A DNA stretch of 64,000 nucleotides from Azolla caroliniana (Eukaryota > Plantae > Polypodiophyta): assembly GCA_043228905.1 (NCBI GenBank), contig JBHGNT010000022.1, forward strand, positions 3,968,001 to 4,032,000. Direction: 5' to 3'. The position numbers and the translations under genes are program-made. Every line of letters starts with the position of its first letter. Position 1 is the first letter of the stretch. This document shows, one piece after another, positions 38,195-50,121 of the stretch. The notes under the pieces are model-generated. The model did no database searches, had not been told where the DNA came from, and saw only the letters and a program-made list of their open reading frames with translations.

Positions 38195-39555
38195 TACTGT
38201 AGCTAATAAGCTTAGTCTTTTCTAATTAGCTAAGCCGTAAAAAGTATGGAAACTATTTTGCTGCTATCGTTGTAGCTAATTAGCTACTACCATAGTTGAT
38301 TAACGCAGCTAATAGCTATCCTATTAGTTAATTAGCTACTGTCATAGTTTACTACAATAGTTAATTAGCTAAGTGACAGCTAGTTAGCTACTAGCTAATT
38401 AGCTATCCTACTGGCAGCTAATTAGCTAATGCCAGCTAGTTAGCTGCTAGCTAATTAGCTAGCACCATAGTTGTGTAAAGTAGCTAATTAGCTACTGACA
38501 GCTAATGAGCTACTAGCTAATTAGCTATCCTAGTAGCTAATTAGCTATGGTACTAGCTAATTAGCTAGTACCATAGTTGTGTAAAAAAGCTAATTAGCTA
38601 TCCTACTAGCTAATTAGCTACTGGCAACTAATTAGCTATCCTAGTAGCTAATTAGCTACTGCCATAGTTGTGTAAAGTAGCTAATAAGCTATCCTAGTAG
38701 CTAATTAGCTATGGTACTAGCTAATTAGCTAGTACCATAGTTGTGTAAAAAAGCTAATTAGCTACTGGCAATTAATTAGCTATCCTACTAGCTAATTAGC
38801 TACTGGCAGTAGATAATTAGTGATTGGCAACTAATTAGCTATCCTACTAGCTAATTAGTTATCATAGTAGCTAATTAGCTACTGCCATAGTTGTGTAAAG
38901 TAGCTAATAAGCTATTCTACTAGCTAATTAGCTACTGGCAGTAGCTAATTAGTGATTGGCAACTAATTAGCTATCCTACTAGCTAATTAGTTATCATAGT
39001 AGCTAATTAGCTACTGCCATAGTTGTGTAAAGTAGCTAATAAGCTATCCTAGTAGCTAATTAGCTACTGGCAGCTAATTAGCTATCCTAGTAGCTAATAA
39101 GCTATCCTAGCTACTACATAGTTGAGAAAGTAGCTAATTAGCTATCATTGTAGCTAATTAGCTATCCTAACTACTACCATAGTTAGCAAAGTAGCTAATT
39201 AGCTATCCTAACTACTACCATAGTTAGTAAAGTAGCTAATTAGCTATCCTAACTACTACCATAGTTGAGTAAAGTAGCTAATTAGCTATCCTAGCTACTA
39301 CCATAGTTGAGTAAATTAGCTAATTAGCTATCCTAGATACTACCATTGTTGAGTAAAGTAGCTAATTAGCTATCCTAGCTACTACCATAGTTGAGTAAAG
39401 TAGCTAATTAGCTACCATAGTAGCTAATTAGCTATCCTAGCAACTACCATAGTTGAGTAACTTATAACTAATTAGCTACCATACTAGCTAATTAGCTATC
39501 CTAGCTTCTACCATAGTTGAGTAAAGTAGCTAATTAGCTATCCTAAATAGCTGCC
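38195..39555. repeat. Intronic array of the TAGCTAATTAGCTA palindrome
   Basis: Dozens of copies with ~19-bp and ~40-bp periodicity, confined to predicted intron 38187-39567. Confidence 0.95.
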
Positions 39556-40829
39556 ATATTATTGTAGAATCTTGTGGATTAAGGACGGCACATGATGTGT
39601 CTGGTGCTGATGACGCTGCAACAGATGAGGATACTGGTGCCAACGTGGCTGAAAGTAAGAGTCCTACTATCACATCTCCTTCAGATCAACTCCACCCTAT
39701 TCTTTTGGAACAATGTACTGAATTAGGCAACGATGTGAAATGCCATGAAATAGTGGAAACAACATGTAAAACTGAGGTTCACAACAACAGTGTTTATGAA
39801 CACTTGATGCAACATTTCTTCGAATCTCAAGACCTTGATTCCACCCCACTGAGCCCAACTACTGAAAATGTCCAAACAGATCCCTTTGTACTTGAAACGC
39901 TAGTTCAAGAAACGGCTGATGTACAATTAGCTACTGAGGCGATGGGAAGGTTGTCGGAGGAGGACACACTTGCGCATTGGGTGAAAGAAGCAAGGCTAAA
40001 TGGGGAACCGACCAGAAAAAGGCTAAAGAAGGGGCCACGATCGGGAACAAGACCAATTACTCGGTCAAGGGGCCCAGACGTAGTGGAGCGAAATACTGTT
40101 TAGTTGGATATGATTGTTAGCTTAGGGATTTTGCTAGGGTTTTATGAAGTTTTACTATCCTGTTGGACAAGTAAAACCTCAGATTGGTTGTTGCTTGATC
40201 CACATTATGTAATGGAACTCTATGATGTTTTTCCAAGATAATTTGAAGAGTGTTGTTCTATGACTGAAACTCTTTGATGTTCAGGATGTTATTTTGTGAG
40301 ACTGTTAGTTACTTTGTGAGTGTGAATATGTTGGTGTTTTCTGATGTTGCAGAGTCTAAAGGGTTTGATTCTATTGCTCGTAAGGCCAATGGCAGTGTGG
40401 ATACTGTTGATGTTGCGGCATGCTTAAAGGGCCCCATCTTGAAAGTAGATTTAGCAACTGACACAAGTGATCTGGTCACACAAGTTGATCAAGCATGTTG
40501 CACGGATGACTTGGTGTTGCAGGTAGATGCACCATGTAGCACGAATGACTTGGTGTTGCAGGTAGATGCAACATGTGATACCAGTGGACTGATATCGAGC
40601 AGATCAGTAGCTACATGCACCGAGGTAATCCAAGGATTGATAACTAAGTCGACAAAACAAGAGCACCAGAATGTGAAGCCAGGCCCAACACAGTCAACTA
40701 GGGGTTTGAAGAGGAAAAGGACGCCAGTTGTGTCGGCCGAACCTGAGCTGATTGAGATTGATCGTATCCTACCAGAAAATGGTGTAACAACGGCTCAGTT
40801 TCAGGAATGGAAACCTAAACCACTAGAAG

Positions 40830-41200
40830 TTGAAAGAAGAGCCTTGATCTTGGAGCTTGATAAAGTCTTGATGAGTGTGAGATATATGCAGCCAAGGAGG
40901 GACGCGAATCAGTTTCTAGAGTGGGCTATGCAATACTTTGATTTGTTTATTTGGAGTGAAAAACTAAAATCAGATGTGTGGAAGTGTTTGGCAAGATTCT
41001 TCCCAAAATGGCGAAGTCATTTTAAAGGTCAATGGGCACGAGAAAATTGTGAGCAAATGGAAGCTGCAAGATTCAAGAGACTTTCTGATTTTTGGGCTAC
41101 TTGGCCTGAATATAATGCCGACAATACATTGATTTTAGATACAGAACATTTCCGGCACTACTTCAATATTCGGAGATGCTGTCTCATTCTACTCGAGGAA
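40830..41200 (+). CDS. FCP1-homology / NIF-like HAD phosphatase domain with a degenerate catalytic motif
   Basis: RALILELDKVL (DxDxT position), PRRDANQFLEWAMQYFDLFIWS, QWARENC, KRLSDFW, YNADNTLILD. Confidence 0.7.
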
Positions 41201-41716
41201 ATGCCTGAACAGTACCTAGTGCAAACAATGAGCTGCCAACTAGGTGCATGGTTGTGGACTCCATACCGAGCTCGATATGCGGATAATATATGTAGACTCG
41301 TTCCACTGACTAGCAAGAGCTTAGCTGTTTATAGGAGATTTGTAGACATTTCCAATGGTAATTTATAAATATGTAAAGAGATGACATTATTCAATGAAGA
41401 ATTTAATTACTTGTTCCCACTGTACTTATCTACTGTGTAATTTGAGGAATATGTTGCAGATTGTTGATTTCATGCTATTGATGACTATTTAGCTATTGAC
41501 AGCTAATTAGCTGCATTTGTACAGCTAATTAGCTACTGATGACTATTTCGCTATAACTTATAACTTAAAACATAACAAAAAAGACATGATTTTATTGAGA
41601 AAGAAGCATAGAAAGCAGACTGTATACAAGAAATTGATTCTCAAACGAATTTATTTAACTATTTTCGCGAAATACATGTTTGTTTTATAAGAGAACATGG
41701 TAAGTGCTACTTGTAG

Positions 41717-44700
41717 CTACAAATTCCATGGCATACTATTGTAAATACATTCATACACATTAGCACCAACAATGTATAAACCTGAGCAACTATTGTATTC
41801 TGACATTGGGACGTTAATGCACCTAACCAAATGAGAGTACACGTACGCTGCTGGTTTGTCTTCTAATAGCCTGTACACATATTCGTAGTCATCTAATTTT
41901 GCATAAAAAATGCCTTCGATGTAGAATGTCCCGGCAGATACAAAATTTCCCCATGCATCTACAATATTCTGCCTTGCACACTGTTTACTAACCGTGCACT
42001 TTAATATATAGAAATCAGCACCCTCCGAATTGCCTTCTTCAGCATTTTCAGCGAAGTTATCCCCAACGTTCAGGACATCACTCAAAGTATCTCCAAGTCC
42101 CTCATATGTGAAGTCAGCATTCTGCCCTGTTTCTCCATCAACTGCTTCCTTATCATTCAGAGTGTGATACTCCCAATTCTGAATGTATGCTTTGTTTAGA
42201 CAATATCTCCAATTTCCCTGCACACAATGGAAGCAAAAACAAGTCAATTCTCTAATTGCAATACAATGACCATCCAACCTGGAATAACCGCGAACAGCAT
42301 GCAGAGATCGCAATTCGGGAATTCCTTGGCACTCCCAGGTCTTCTCCCTATTTACTTCATCTATCTTCACTTCCCAAAATTCAAGTTTGATATCTCGGAC
42401 TTGCGAGGAATAAACACCTGTTGCACTCATTGACATATTTGTTCTTAAAAATTCAACTACATGTGATGCACAATTCATGTGCACACCATCTGTCTTTAGT
42501 TGTTCATGGGTAAGTGCCCGCTTTATAACATCCCCTGCACCATCATGTTCACCTTTACCATGGCTAGACCCAAAAAAAATCCATCTCATCTCCAAACCTG
42601 TTATAGCAGGATACCTCCCCACAAAATAAAATGGACGTCGAGCCTTGAATTGTGACGCAGCTCCGTCAGACCAGACCCAATGTTGAGTAAGCTCCAAACG
42701 TTGAGCTAATAACCACTGCCAATGTAACTTAAAACAGTGTTGGACGAACAAGGTATCATGCTTCTTATCATCAGAAATAAAGAAATGAATTACTTTTTTA
42801 ACATCACCTGAAACTCGAAAATATGTTATGTGCAGAAAAATGGTTACCTGAACTGAACACCAATGCATAGATTGAATTTCATTCTACTGCTTGAAAGTAT
42901 AATTCTCTACGAAATCTACTACTGAGACAACTACATCATTTGGGAAATCAGATATGCAAGTCTTAAACTGATGGGCCTGCCATGAATAAAGTTGTGTTTA
43001 ATGAACTTTCCTAGAGATACTACAAATAGAGACACCAAATCCCTTGGTTTAAGCATCTTCCGAACTAGATCCTTTCTTTTACACACCTTTCCTTTGAAAT
43101 TGGTGTTCACTGACTCAAAGAACTTCACAGAGATCAATATTTCACTACTCAATTCATTTGGACACCACCTAAATCTAGTAGGGCCACAATCTTGACATAA
43201 ACCCATGACACATTTATGAATATGGAAGATAGCGTCAGTTTCTCTCGGACACAATATTGAATCTAATAAATAACTCATGGAAGAGATAACGTGCTCAGAT
43301 GATTTACACTCCTCTTGCGGGCTTGATCGACAGATTGGGCACCCACATGTGCAAACTGTATTAGTTAGGGATGCGCTATGGTGACGTAGTAGATTAACAG
43401 AGTCCTTCAGAAAACCCATATGTACATGGTAAATGCAACAACATGTGTATCGATCCTTTAAGCGTCTCACAAAGTGTGGCTTAAGAGACTCGAATGTTCG
43501 TAGTTGAACTTTGATAGTTGGATGCATTCGTTTGAACCTAATAAATAAATCGACCTGTGTAATAAAGGGGAATTAGTTATTCTCGTAACTAGCTAACTAT
43601 CCTAGTAGCTAATTAGCTATTCTAGTAGCTAATTAGCTATTCTAGTAGCTTATTAGCTATTCTAGTAGCTAATTAGCTATCATGGTAGCTAATTAGGTGT
43701 CCTAGTAGCTAATTAGCTATCATGGTGGCTAATTAGCTTTCCTTGTAACTAATTAGCTATCATGGTAGCTAATTAGCTGGTCTAGTAGCTAATTAGCTAT
43801 CATGGTGGCTAATTAGCTGTCCTAGTAGCTAATTAGCTATCATGGTAGCTAATTAGCTGGTCTAGTAGCTAATTAGCTATAATGGTGGCTAATTAGTTGT
43901 CCTAACTAATTAGCTATCATGGTAGCAAATTAGCTGGTCTAGTAGCTAATTAGCTATCACAGTGGCTAATTAGTTGTCCTAGTAAGTTAATTAGCTGGTA
44001 ATAACGAAATAGCTAACTAGCTACCATGATAGCTAACTAGCTACCAATACAGCTAATTATCTGGTAGTACCTAAATTAGCTATTGAGAATAGCTAATTAG
44101 CTATCATGATAGTAGCTATTGAGAGTAGCCAGTTACCTATGTAGTAGTTATCCTAGTAGCTAACTGAGGTAAATGTAACTGATAAGCTAATTAGCTTTTC
44201 TGCTAACTGAGCTAATTAACTTTCCATGTAGAGTCAAAACAAATGTTGAGATAAATGTAAATACCTGAGGTACATCAAGAAGATGAATGGGATGCTCCTC
44301 GTATTGATTTCTTCCAACACGTTTCCTGCATAAATCCTTTTTATTGGGTGAAACCCTACTCTCATTAGTCCAAAACATTGTGATTACATCCTTGATTTCA
44401 AATGTTATGGGTGTCATTGGCTTACATCTTGTAGCTAGCTTTAGTAGACTAGTTCCTTCACCCGAGGAAATTATACGGTTCATTGTATTGTACACTGTTT
44501 TTCTACTAACACCAATTACCTTAAATAGCTCACTGATGTTTATATCGTCAACATCACTATTAAGTAACATCATTAGACTAGACCTTTTTAAGACAAGATC
44601 ATCTTCTGACCTGCTCATGGATACGAAACTATTACGAAGATTATTTACTAAAATAGATGATATGTTTGCATTAAGATCATCACAATCAACTAAGTCCTTT

Positions 44701-45014
44701 ATCGATGGATCATTACATATTCCATAAAGTACTACTTTCTTTTCTTCATTGCTGATGTGCTTGGTTTGAACATTGAAATAGTCTACAACCTTTCTCTCTA
44801 TGATGGTAGTCGGATTACTTACATTCTCAGCTAAACTATCCTTACCTTTACTGAGTGTGGCTTTCGTATCCTTCAACAATTGACGATGTTTCCTTTTTTT
44901 TTCTGCCCAATAGTTTCGTATGGCTTGTTGTGTCCTGATAGCATCATCCCTATCCTTATGATCATTGAGGGGTAATTCTAAACACCCTTCTTCCCCTTCC
45001 ATTTGGCTAGACAT
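41717..45014 (-). pseudogene. Sola2-type DDD transposase; exons 45014-44265 and 43554-41717; frameshift near 42985 and a stop near 42885
   Basis: A phase-0 GT-AG intron joins DVPQ|VDLFIRFKRMHPTIKV..FESLKP. Further motifs: CCCIYH, VVDFVENY, NEIQSMHW, ISDDKKHD, WSDGAASQFK, FFGSSHGKGEHDGAG. Confidence 0.88.
43585..44220. repeat. Array of the TAGCTAATTAGCTA palindrome in the transposase intron
   Basis: Near-regular 20-bp units within intron 43555-44264. Confidence 0.95.
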
Positions 45015-45339
45015 GTTAAAACCCTAAATTTCCAAAAAAAAAAACAAGTATTTAAGATGTCTATGGGCAACAACAATACACAAAAATATTCCACAATACA
45101 TAAGATTAGACACAACAATACACAAGATAATCAATAGACAGAAAAGTTATTGCAATCCAAGACCGAACAGTAGAGGAGTTTACTCCGTTGGATCGAACAG
45201 TTGAGGAGGCGATCCAAGACCGACCAATGGCGACAACTGAGTGTAGAATGTTGCCGTTGGATGAGTGAACTCCGTCAAATCGAAATGTGGAAGCAATCCG
45301 GGACTGGATAGTAGCGGCAACTGAGTATAGAATGATGGC

Positions 45340-45755
45340 AATGGAGGAGAGAACCCCGTCAGATTGAACAGTTGCCAATGATGCTTGGAACGCACATAGA
45401 AGGCACCTGAGAGTAGAGTGGCATAGAGAAGAGAACCCTGTCAGATTGAACAGTTACCAATGATGCTTGGAACGCACAGTTGCTGCCCCTGAGTGTAGAG
45501 TGGCACAGAGAAGAGAACCCCGTCAGATTGAACAGCTCTTTGATGATGCTTGGAACGCACAGTAGCGGCCCCTAAGTGTAGAGTGGCATAGAGAAGAGAA
45601 CCCCATCAGATTGAACAGCTCTTTGATGATGCTTGGAATGCACAATAGTGGCCCCTGAGTGTAGAGTGTCACAGAGGAGAGAACCCCGTCAGATTGAGCA
45701 GCTCTTTGATGATGCTTGGAACGCACAGTAGCGGCCCCTTAGTGTAGAGTGGCGG
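45340..45755. repeat. 82-83-bp tandem repeat, 5 copies plus degenerate copies to ~45160, upstream of the transposase
   Basis: GAGAACCCCGTCAGATTGAACAG..GATGCTTGGAACGCAC recurs at ~45349, 45431, 45513, 45596 and 45679. Confidence 0.9.
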
Positions 45756-46580
45756 CAGGTGGACTCGATAGGGTTTAGCAAGGGTGGTAGCAACTAACCC
45801 ACAATACTCAACTAGAGATGGCCTACGTGATGTGGCAAAGGATCATGCATAATGGACCTAGGAATTCGATATATAATTTATGGTACACATTTATGGTGCA
45901 CACATCAATTTATGTTGCACATTTATGGCACTCATTTACATATGTAATTAAAACACTCTAGTATTTTCAATGGTAGTTTTTTGCATACTTAATTTATTAA
46001 TGATAGCTTTTTACTAAAATGATTATTTATCAATGGTAGCTTTTTGCATAGCTAATTAGCTATGTCAAGGACATAGCTAATTGTTTCCACTCGCATGCTT
46101 TCACCCACATTGCTTGTAGTCGTGCTAGTCCTAGGATGAGTTGCTTTTGATTATCCAATGTTGGATCACCGAGACAAGGTGCTAGATACGAGCGTCGTGA
46201 TAATGCATCTGCCTTCCCTTGCTACTTCCCAGGATGATATGTAATTTTGAAGTCGAAGCGAGTGAGGAATTGGACCCACCGAGCTTGTCGTTGATTTAAT
46301 ACACGAGCATTCTGAAAATAGGCAAGGTTTTTGTGATCACTAAATATGATGATTTGCTGAGAAGATCCCTCTAAAAAATGCCTCCATTGTGCAAAAGAGT
46401 CCACTATTGCTAATAGCTCCTTGTCATGTATCTCATAGTTGATTTCGGCGGCATCAAACTTGCGCGAGTGGAAAGCCACATGATGTAGTTTTTCATCATC
46501 GTCTTGTTGTGATAAAAGGCTACCAAGGGCGAAATCCGACGCATCTCCCTCCATGATGAACGGTTTTTTTGGATCAACAT

Positions 46581-46917
46581 TGTTACTCGTATAGGTATAT
46601 GGGAGGGTTAGGTGTAATGTGGAAGGTATAATATGAAATGTGAATGTGTGAGTGTTAGGTGGGGTAAGTAGGTGTAACTACCCTCACTCGTCTTTTTATA
46701 ATGATAAGATCTCATACTATTTAAACCCCACCCATGGGGCATGAATAAAAGAGAAATAATATGGAAGTTACCCTCAACCGTGTGTTGTGTGTGTCTCTCT
46801 CTCTCACACACACACATGCACACTCTCTGTGTGCATCTTTCCCTCTCTCCCCTCACATTCGAACCCCCTTCGGAGGGGGGTGGAGCTGATCTTTGCTCCA
46901 CCCCCCACCCATCAACA
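46581..46917. mobile_element. Solo LTR (337 bp) in the RNase H region of A
   Basis: TGTT...AACA termini; TSD AACAT on both sides. Confidence 0.85.
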
Positions 46918-48417
46918 AACATGAGCTAGAATAGGAGCTGATGTAAATGCTTTCTTAAGACTTACAAAAGCCGTGTCCGCTTCCTTAGACCAAACAAATG
47001 ACTGCCCCTTCTTGGTAAGCTGTGTGAGAGGCAAAATAAGCTTTGATTAGTCCTATATAAACTTTCTGTAGAAAGGCCGTAGAAATTTGCGAAGCCTGAA
47101 AAAAATTGCACATCTCACAACGAAAAGGGAGTCTGCCACTCTACAACCGTTTTGACCTTAGCTGGATCCTTGGAGATGCCTTCCGAGGAGATGACATAAC
47201 CTAGAAATTCCACCTGATTGCAGTCAAAACTACATTTTTCCAGTTTTGCATAAAGACCATGTTCTCGAAGTCGTTTTAGTACTAATAGTACATGAGAATC
47301 ATGCTTTTCTTGGGTCTTCAAATACACCAGTAGATCATCCAAATAGATGATCAAACAAATATCCAAGAGATATTGGAATATATCATTTGGCATGTGTTGG
47401 AAGACTACTGGCTCATTGGTGACACCGAATGGTATAACCATATAGTCGAGGTGCCCGTATTGGGTGTGAAAAACGATCTTCCATTCATCTTCCGGTCAGA
47501 TCCATATGAGGTTATATGTGCTTCATAAGTCGATCTTTGTGAAGAATTTTGCACCATTAACCCGTTCTAAAAGACTCGAGATAAGGGGAAGTGCATACCT
47601 ATTCCTGATGGTGACCTTATTTAAGCCACAGTAATCTATGACGAGATGAAATGATCCATCCTTTTTCTTGACAGAGAAAATGGGTGCGCCGGTTGGAGAT
47701 TTCAAATGTCAAATGAATCCGTTCGTCAAATTCTCCTCTATGTAGGCTCGAAGGACTTCTAGCTCGGTTGGTGAAAAATTGTAGATCGGTCCCCATGGTG
47801 GCTCTTTTCCTAGTTGTAAATTAATGGGACAATCATACGGTCGATGGTGAGAAAGAGTATTGGCTTGTACCTTATCAAACATGTCGGCATAATGACGATA
47901 CTTCTCTGGAAGTTGAACTATGGATTCCTCTTTAGTGGTGTTCGAAGGTCTTACTAATACTGCGAATACAAACATTGATTCCTTGCCTCCTTCGCGCAGT
48001 TGATGTAGCGAAATGGTTGAAACCTTATGAGAAGCTTCTTGAGGTTGTCTGGTTTGTGTAACTCGAACCATGGTAACCCCAAAACAATGGGATGTTCTGG
48101 ACTACTAACTATATTGAATGATACTACACATGTCAAATTATCTAGAACAACACTAATTGGTTCTAACTCTTCTACGATTTTTCCGGAACCAATGGGGCGA
48201 CCATCAATGACTACTACAGAGGGTGGGCAAGGGAGTTTTCTTAGGGATATCTGATGAGCTTGGGCAAAATTCTTATCCATAAAGCAAGAATTAGCTCCAA
48301 AATCTAGGAGTGCTAAGACATGTACTGGAGAGATACTTTTAGTACTAATTGTTAATTGAGCTAGGAAGACATTGTGAACTTGCTTAGAGGGAATGGAATC
48401 ACTAATGGGATGCACAG

Positions 48418-48908
48418 TGTTATCCCTTCCGTTGGAAACACCTTCGATATGCCTACAGGCTATCGGTATCAAGGGAAGTGTAACGTGAAGACTTGTGCAC
48501 GGAGGCGTCGTTAGGGGAAGAGAACGGACAGCATACCCGGAATATAACCCGAGGCGTATACGTAGTTGAGATCGTAGGAACGACGGAACACAGATGAAAA
48601 CAATAAGAGCTAATAGATATGTATTACTGCAAACAGTTATCGATGATTACAAAACAGGGCTCACAATCGGTGACCTTACAGAGCTCTTATAACTATGAAA
48701 ACGACCTCGCCTATACTCTAGATATCTCTCTCTTGCCGAGGTACGCAGACCTAGGTTTATATACTTTTTCTTCATACAGAGCCGAGCCGTCGACTGACTG
48801 TGAGACTCGAAGATCGGCGTTTTCCTAAACTCTACCTTCCTCACCTACTAGCCTTACCTACTGGCATATTCCTTTTAACTAATTTATCTTTTTGTCCCAA
48901 GGACAACA
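48418..48908. mobile_element. Solo LTR (491 bp) near the start of A's pol
   Basis: TGTTATCCCTT...AAGGACAACA termini; TSD CACAG. Confidence 0.85.
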
Positions 48909-50121
48909 CACAGATCTAGAGTTGTCCAACCAAACGGCTCCTATTTTGGTTGGACTTAATCGTTTAACTGTTCTTCTAGTTTACTAAGGATTTCAAATAG
49001 ACATGCCTAGAGAAATAGACTCATGTTTAGTACTATTAGTACTAGCGGATATTTGATTTACCTGTCTTCTCGGCCGATGGGGACAATTCACTACAATATG
49101 CCCCGGTCCACCACAATAAAGACATAATCGATTTGTTCGGCGTCGCTATTTTTCCTCTTCCGATAGTGGTCTGTGATGACGTGTGGTGCCGATTTCCATT
49201 GGAGTGGGAGTATTTGCTGGAGATGCATTAAATTACTCCCTTAGGAAAGGTTTTGCTACAACTAAAGCATAAGTGGGCTTCGATCTTGTCCTCGGCATTT
49301 GGAACTGACGTTCCGAACATTGTTTGAAAAGGCGGTTATCGCATTGTACTGCCCGACTGATTTCTTTTGTCAATGACTTTGGTTCTTCGGGGAAGGTCAA
49401 GAGTAAATCCTTGACATCATTACGTAGCCCATAACAAAATTACTCCATTAATTCTTGGTCATCCCAGGGAATATCGGTGGCATGAAGACGGAAATCCATA
49501 TCATAAGCTGAGGCCGGCCGATCACCTTGACGCAATCTTCGGATTTTGTTGATTGCCATCCTAACGTTATTGGTATCTCCAAAACAGGCTTTAAACTCGC
49601 TAATAAACTCTTCAAAATTATTTAACAAAGGAGAGTTTTTTTTCTAACAAGGGGGCGAACCATGCCAAAGTCGTGCCACTAAGTAGTGTGCCTACTAGCC
49701 CCACTCGTGATGCATCAGTGGGATATTGAGAAGGATGCATTTGAATCACTAAACGTACCTGATTAAGAAATCCTCTAAAATGTGATCGGGTCCCGTCAAA
49801 TTTCATAGGAAGACCGATCTTGGGTTCTTTGGGAGTCCCTTGAGTGCTTGATCATTGTTGTTGTAATGACACAATAGTCGCTTCAATTTGTTGCACACAT
49901 AATGTCATCTCCCCGTGTTGTTTTCCTAGAGCTACTTGTTGAAAATCCACCAACAGACGTTGATTTTCTTGTTCTAGCACTACAAACTTTCTTTTAAGCA
50001 CTGAAGCTCCGAGAAAACGGATTGGTATTCTTGGGCGCTAATAGTTTCCATTTAGTAAGAGGATAAAGGATTTAGTCTGAAGGGAAAGGAGGAATAAGAG
50101 GATGACAAATTCAATTCAAAC

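Larger units (their letters stand above)
36324..41368 (+). pseudogene. Transposon-borne multi-exon accessory gene: unknown domain, coiled coil, RING-H2-like finger, acidic linker, FCP1/NIF-like HAD domain
   Basis: Predicted exons 36324-36352, 36936-37617, 37701-37844, 37929-38186, 39568-39654 and 40353-41368, joined by phase-compatible GT-AG introns. One stop at 37405; a frameshift and a stop in exon 4. Confidence 0.7.
35845..46106 (-). mobile_element. Sola2-type DNA transposon (10,262 bp) carrying an accessory gene
   Basis: 25-bp TIRs GGGT(A/G)AAAGCATGCGAGTGGAAACA at 35845-35869 and 46082-46106, one mismatch. 4-bp TSD ACAT. Removing the element restores the pol of A collinearly with E. GRG termini and a 4-bp TSD are Sola2 traits. 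Confidence 0.88.

Noticed and set aside
38195-39555. Palindromic repeats with variable spacers resembling a CRISPR array
   Set aside because: The spacers are short and themselves repeated, there are no cas genes, and the context is a eukaryotic intron.
40274-41368. Stand-alone host phosphatase gene
   Set aside because: It lies within the TIR/TSD-bounded transposon, starts at a non-ATG codon in intron-like sequence, and has an in-phase splice acceptor at 40352.
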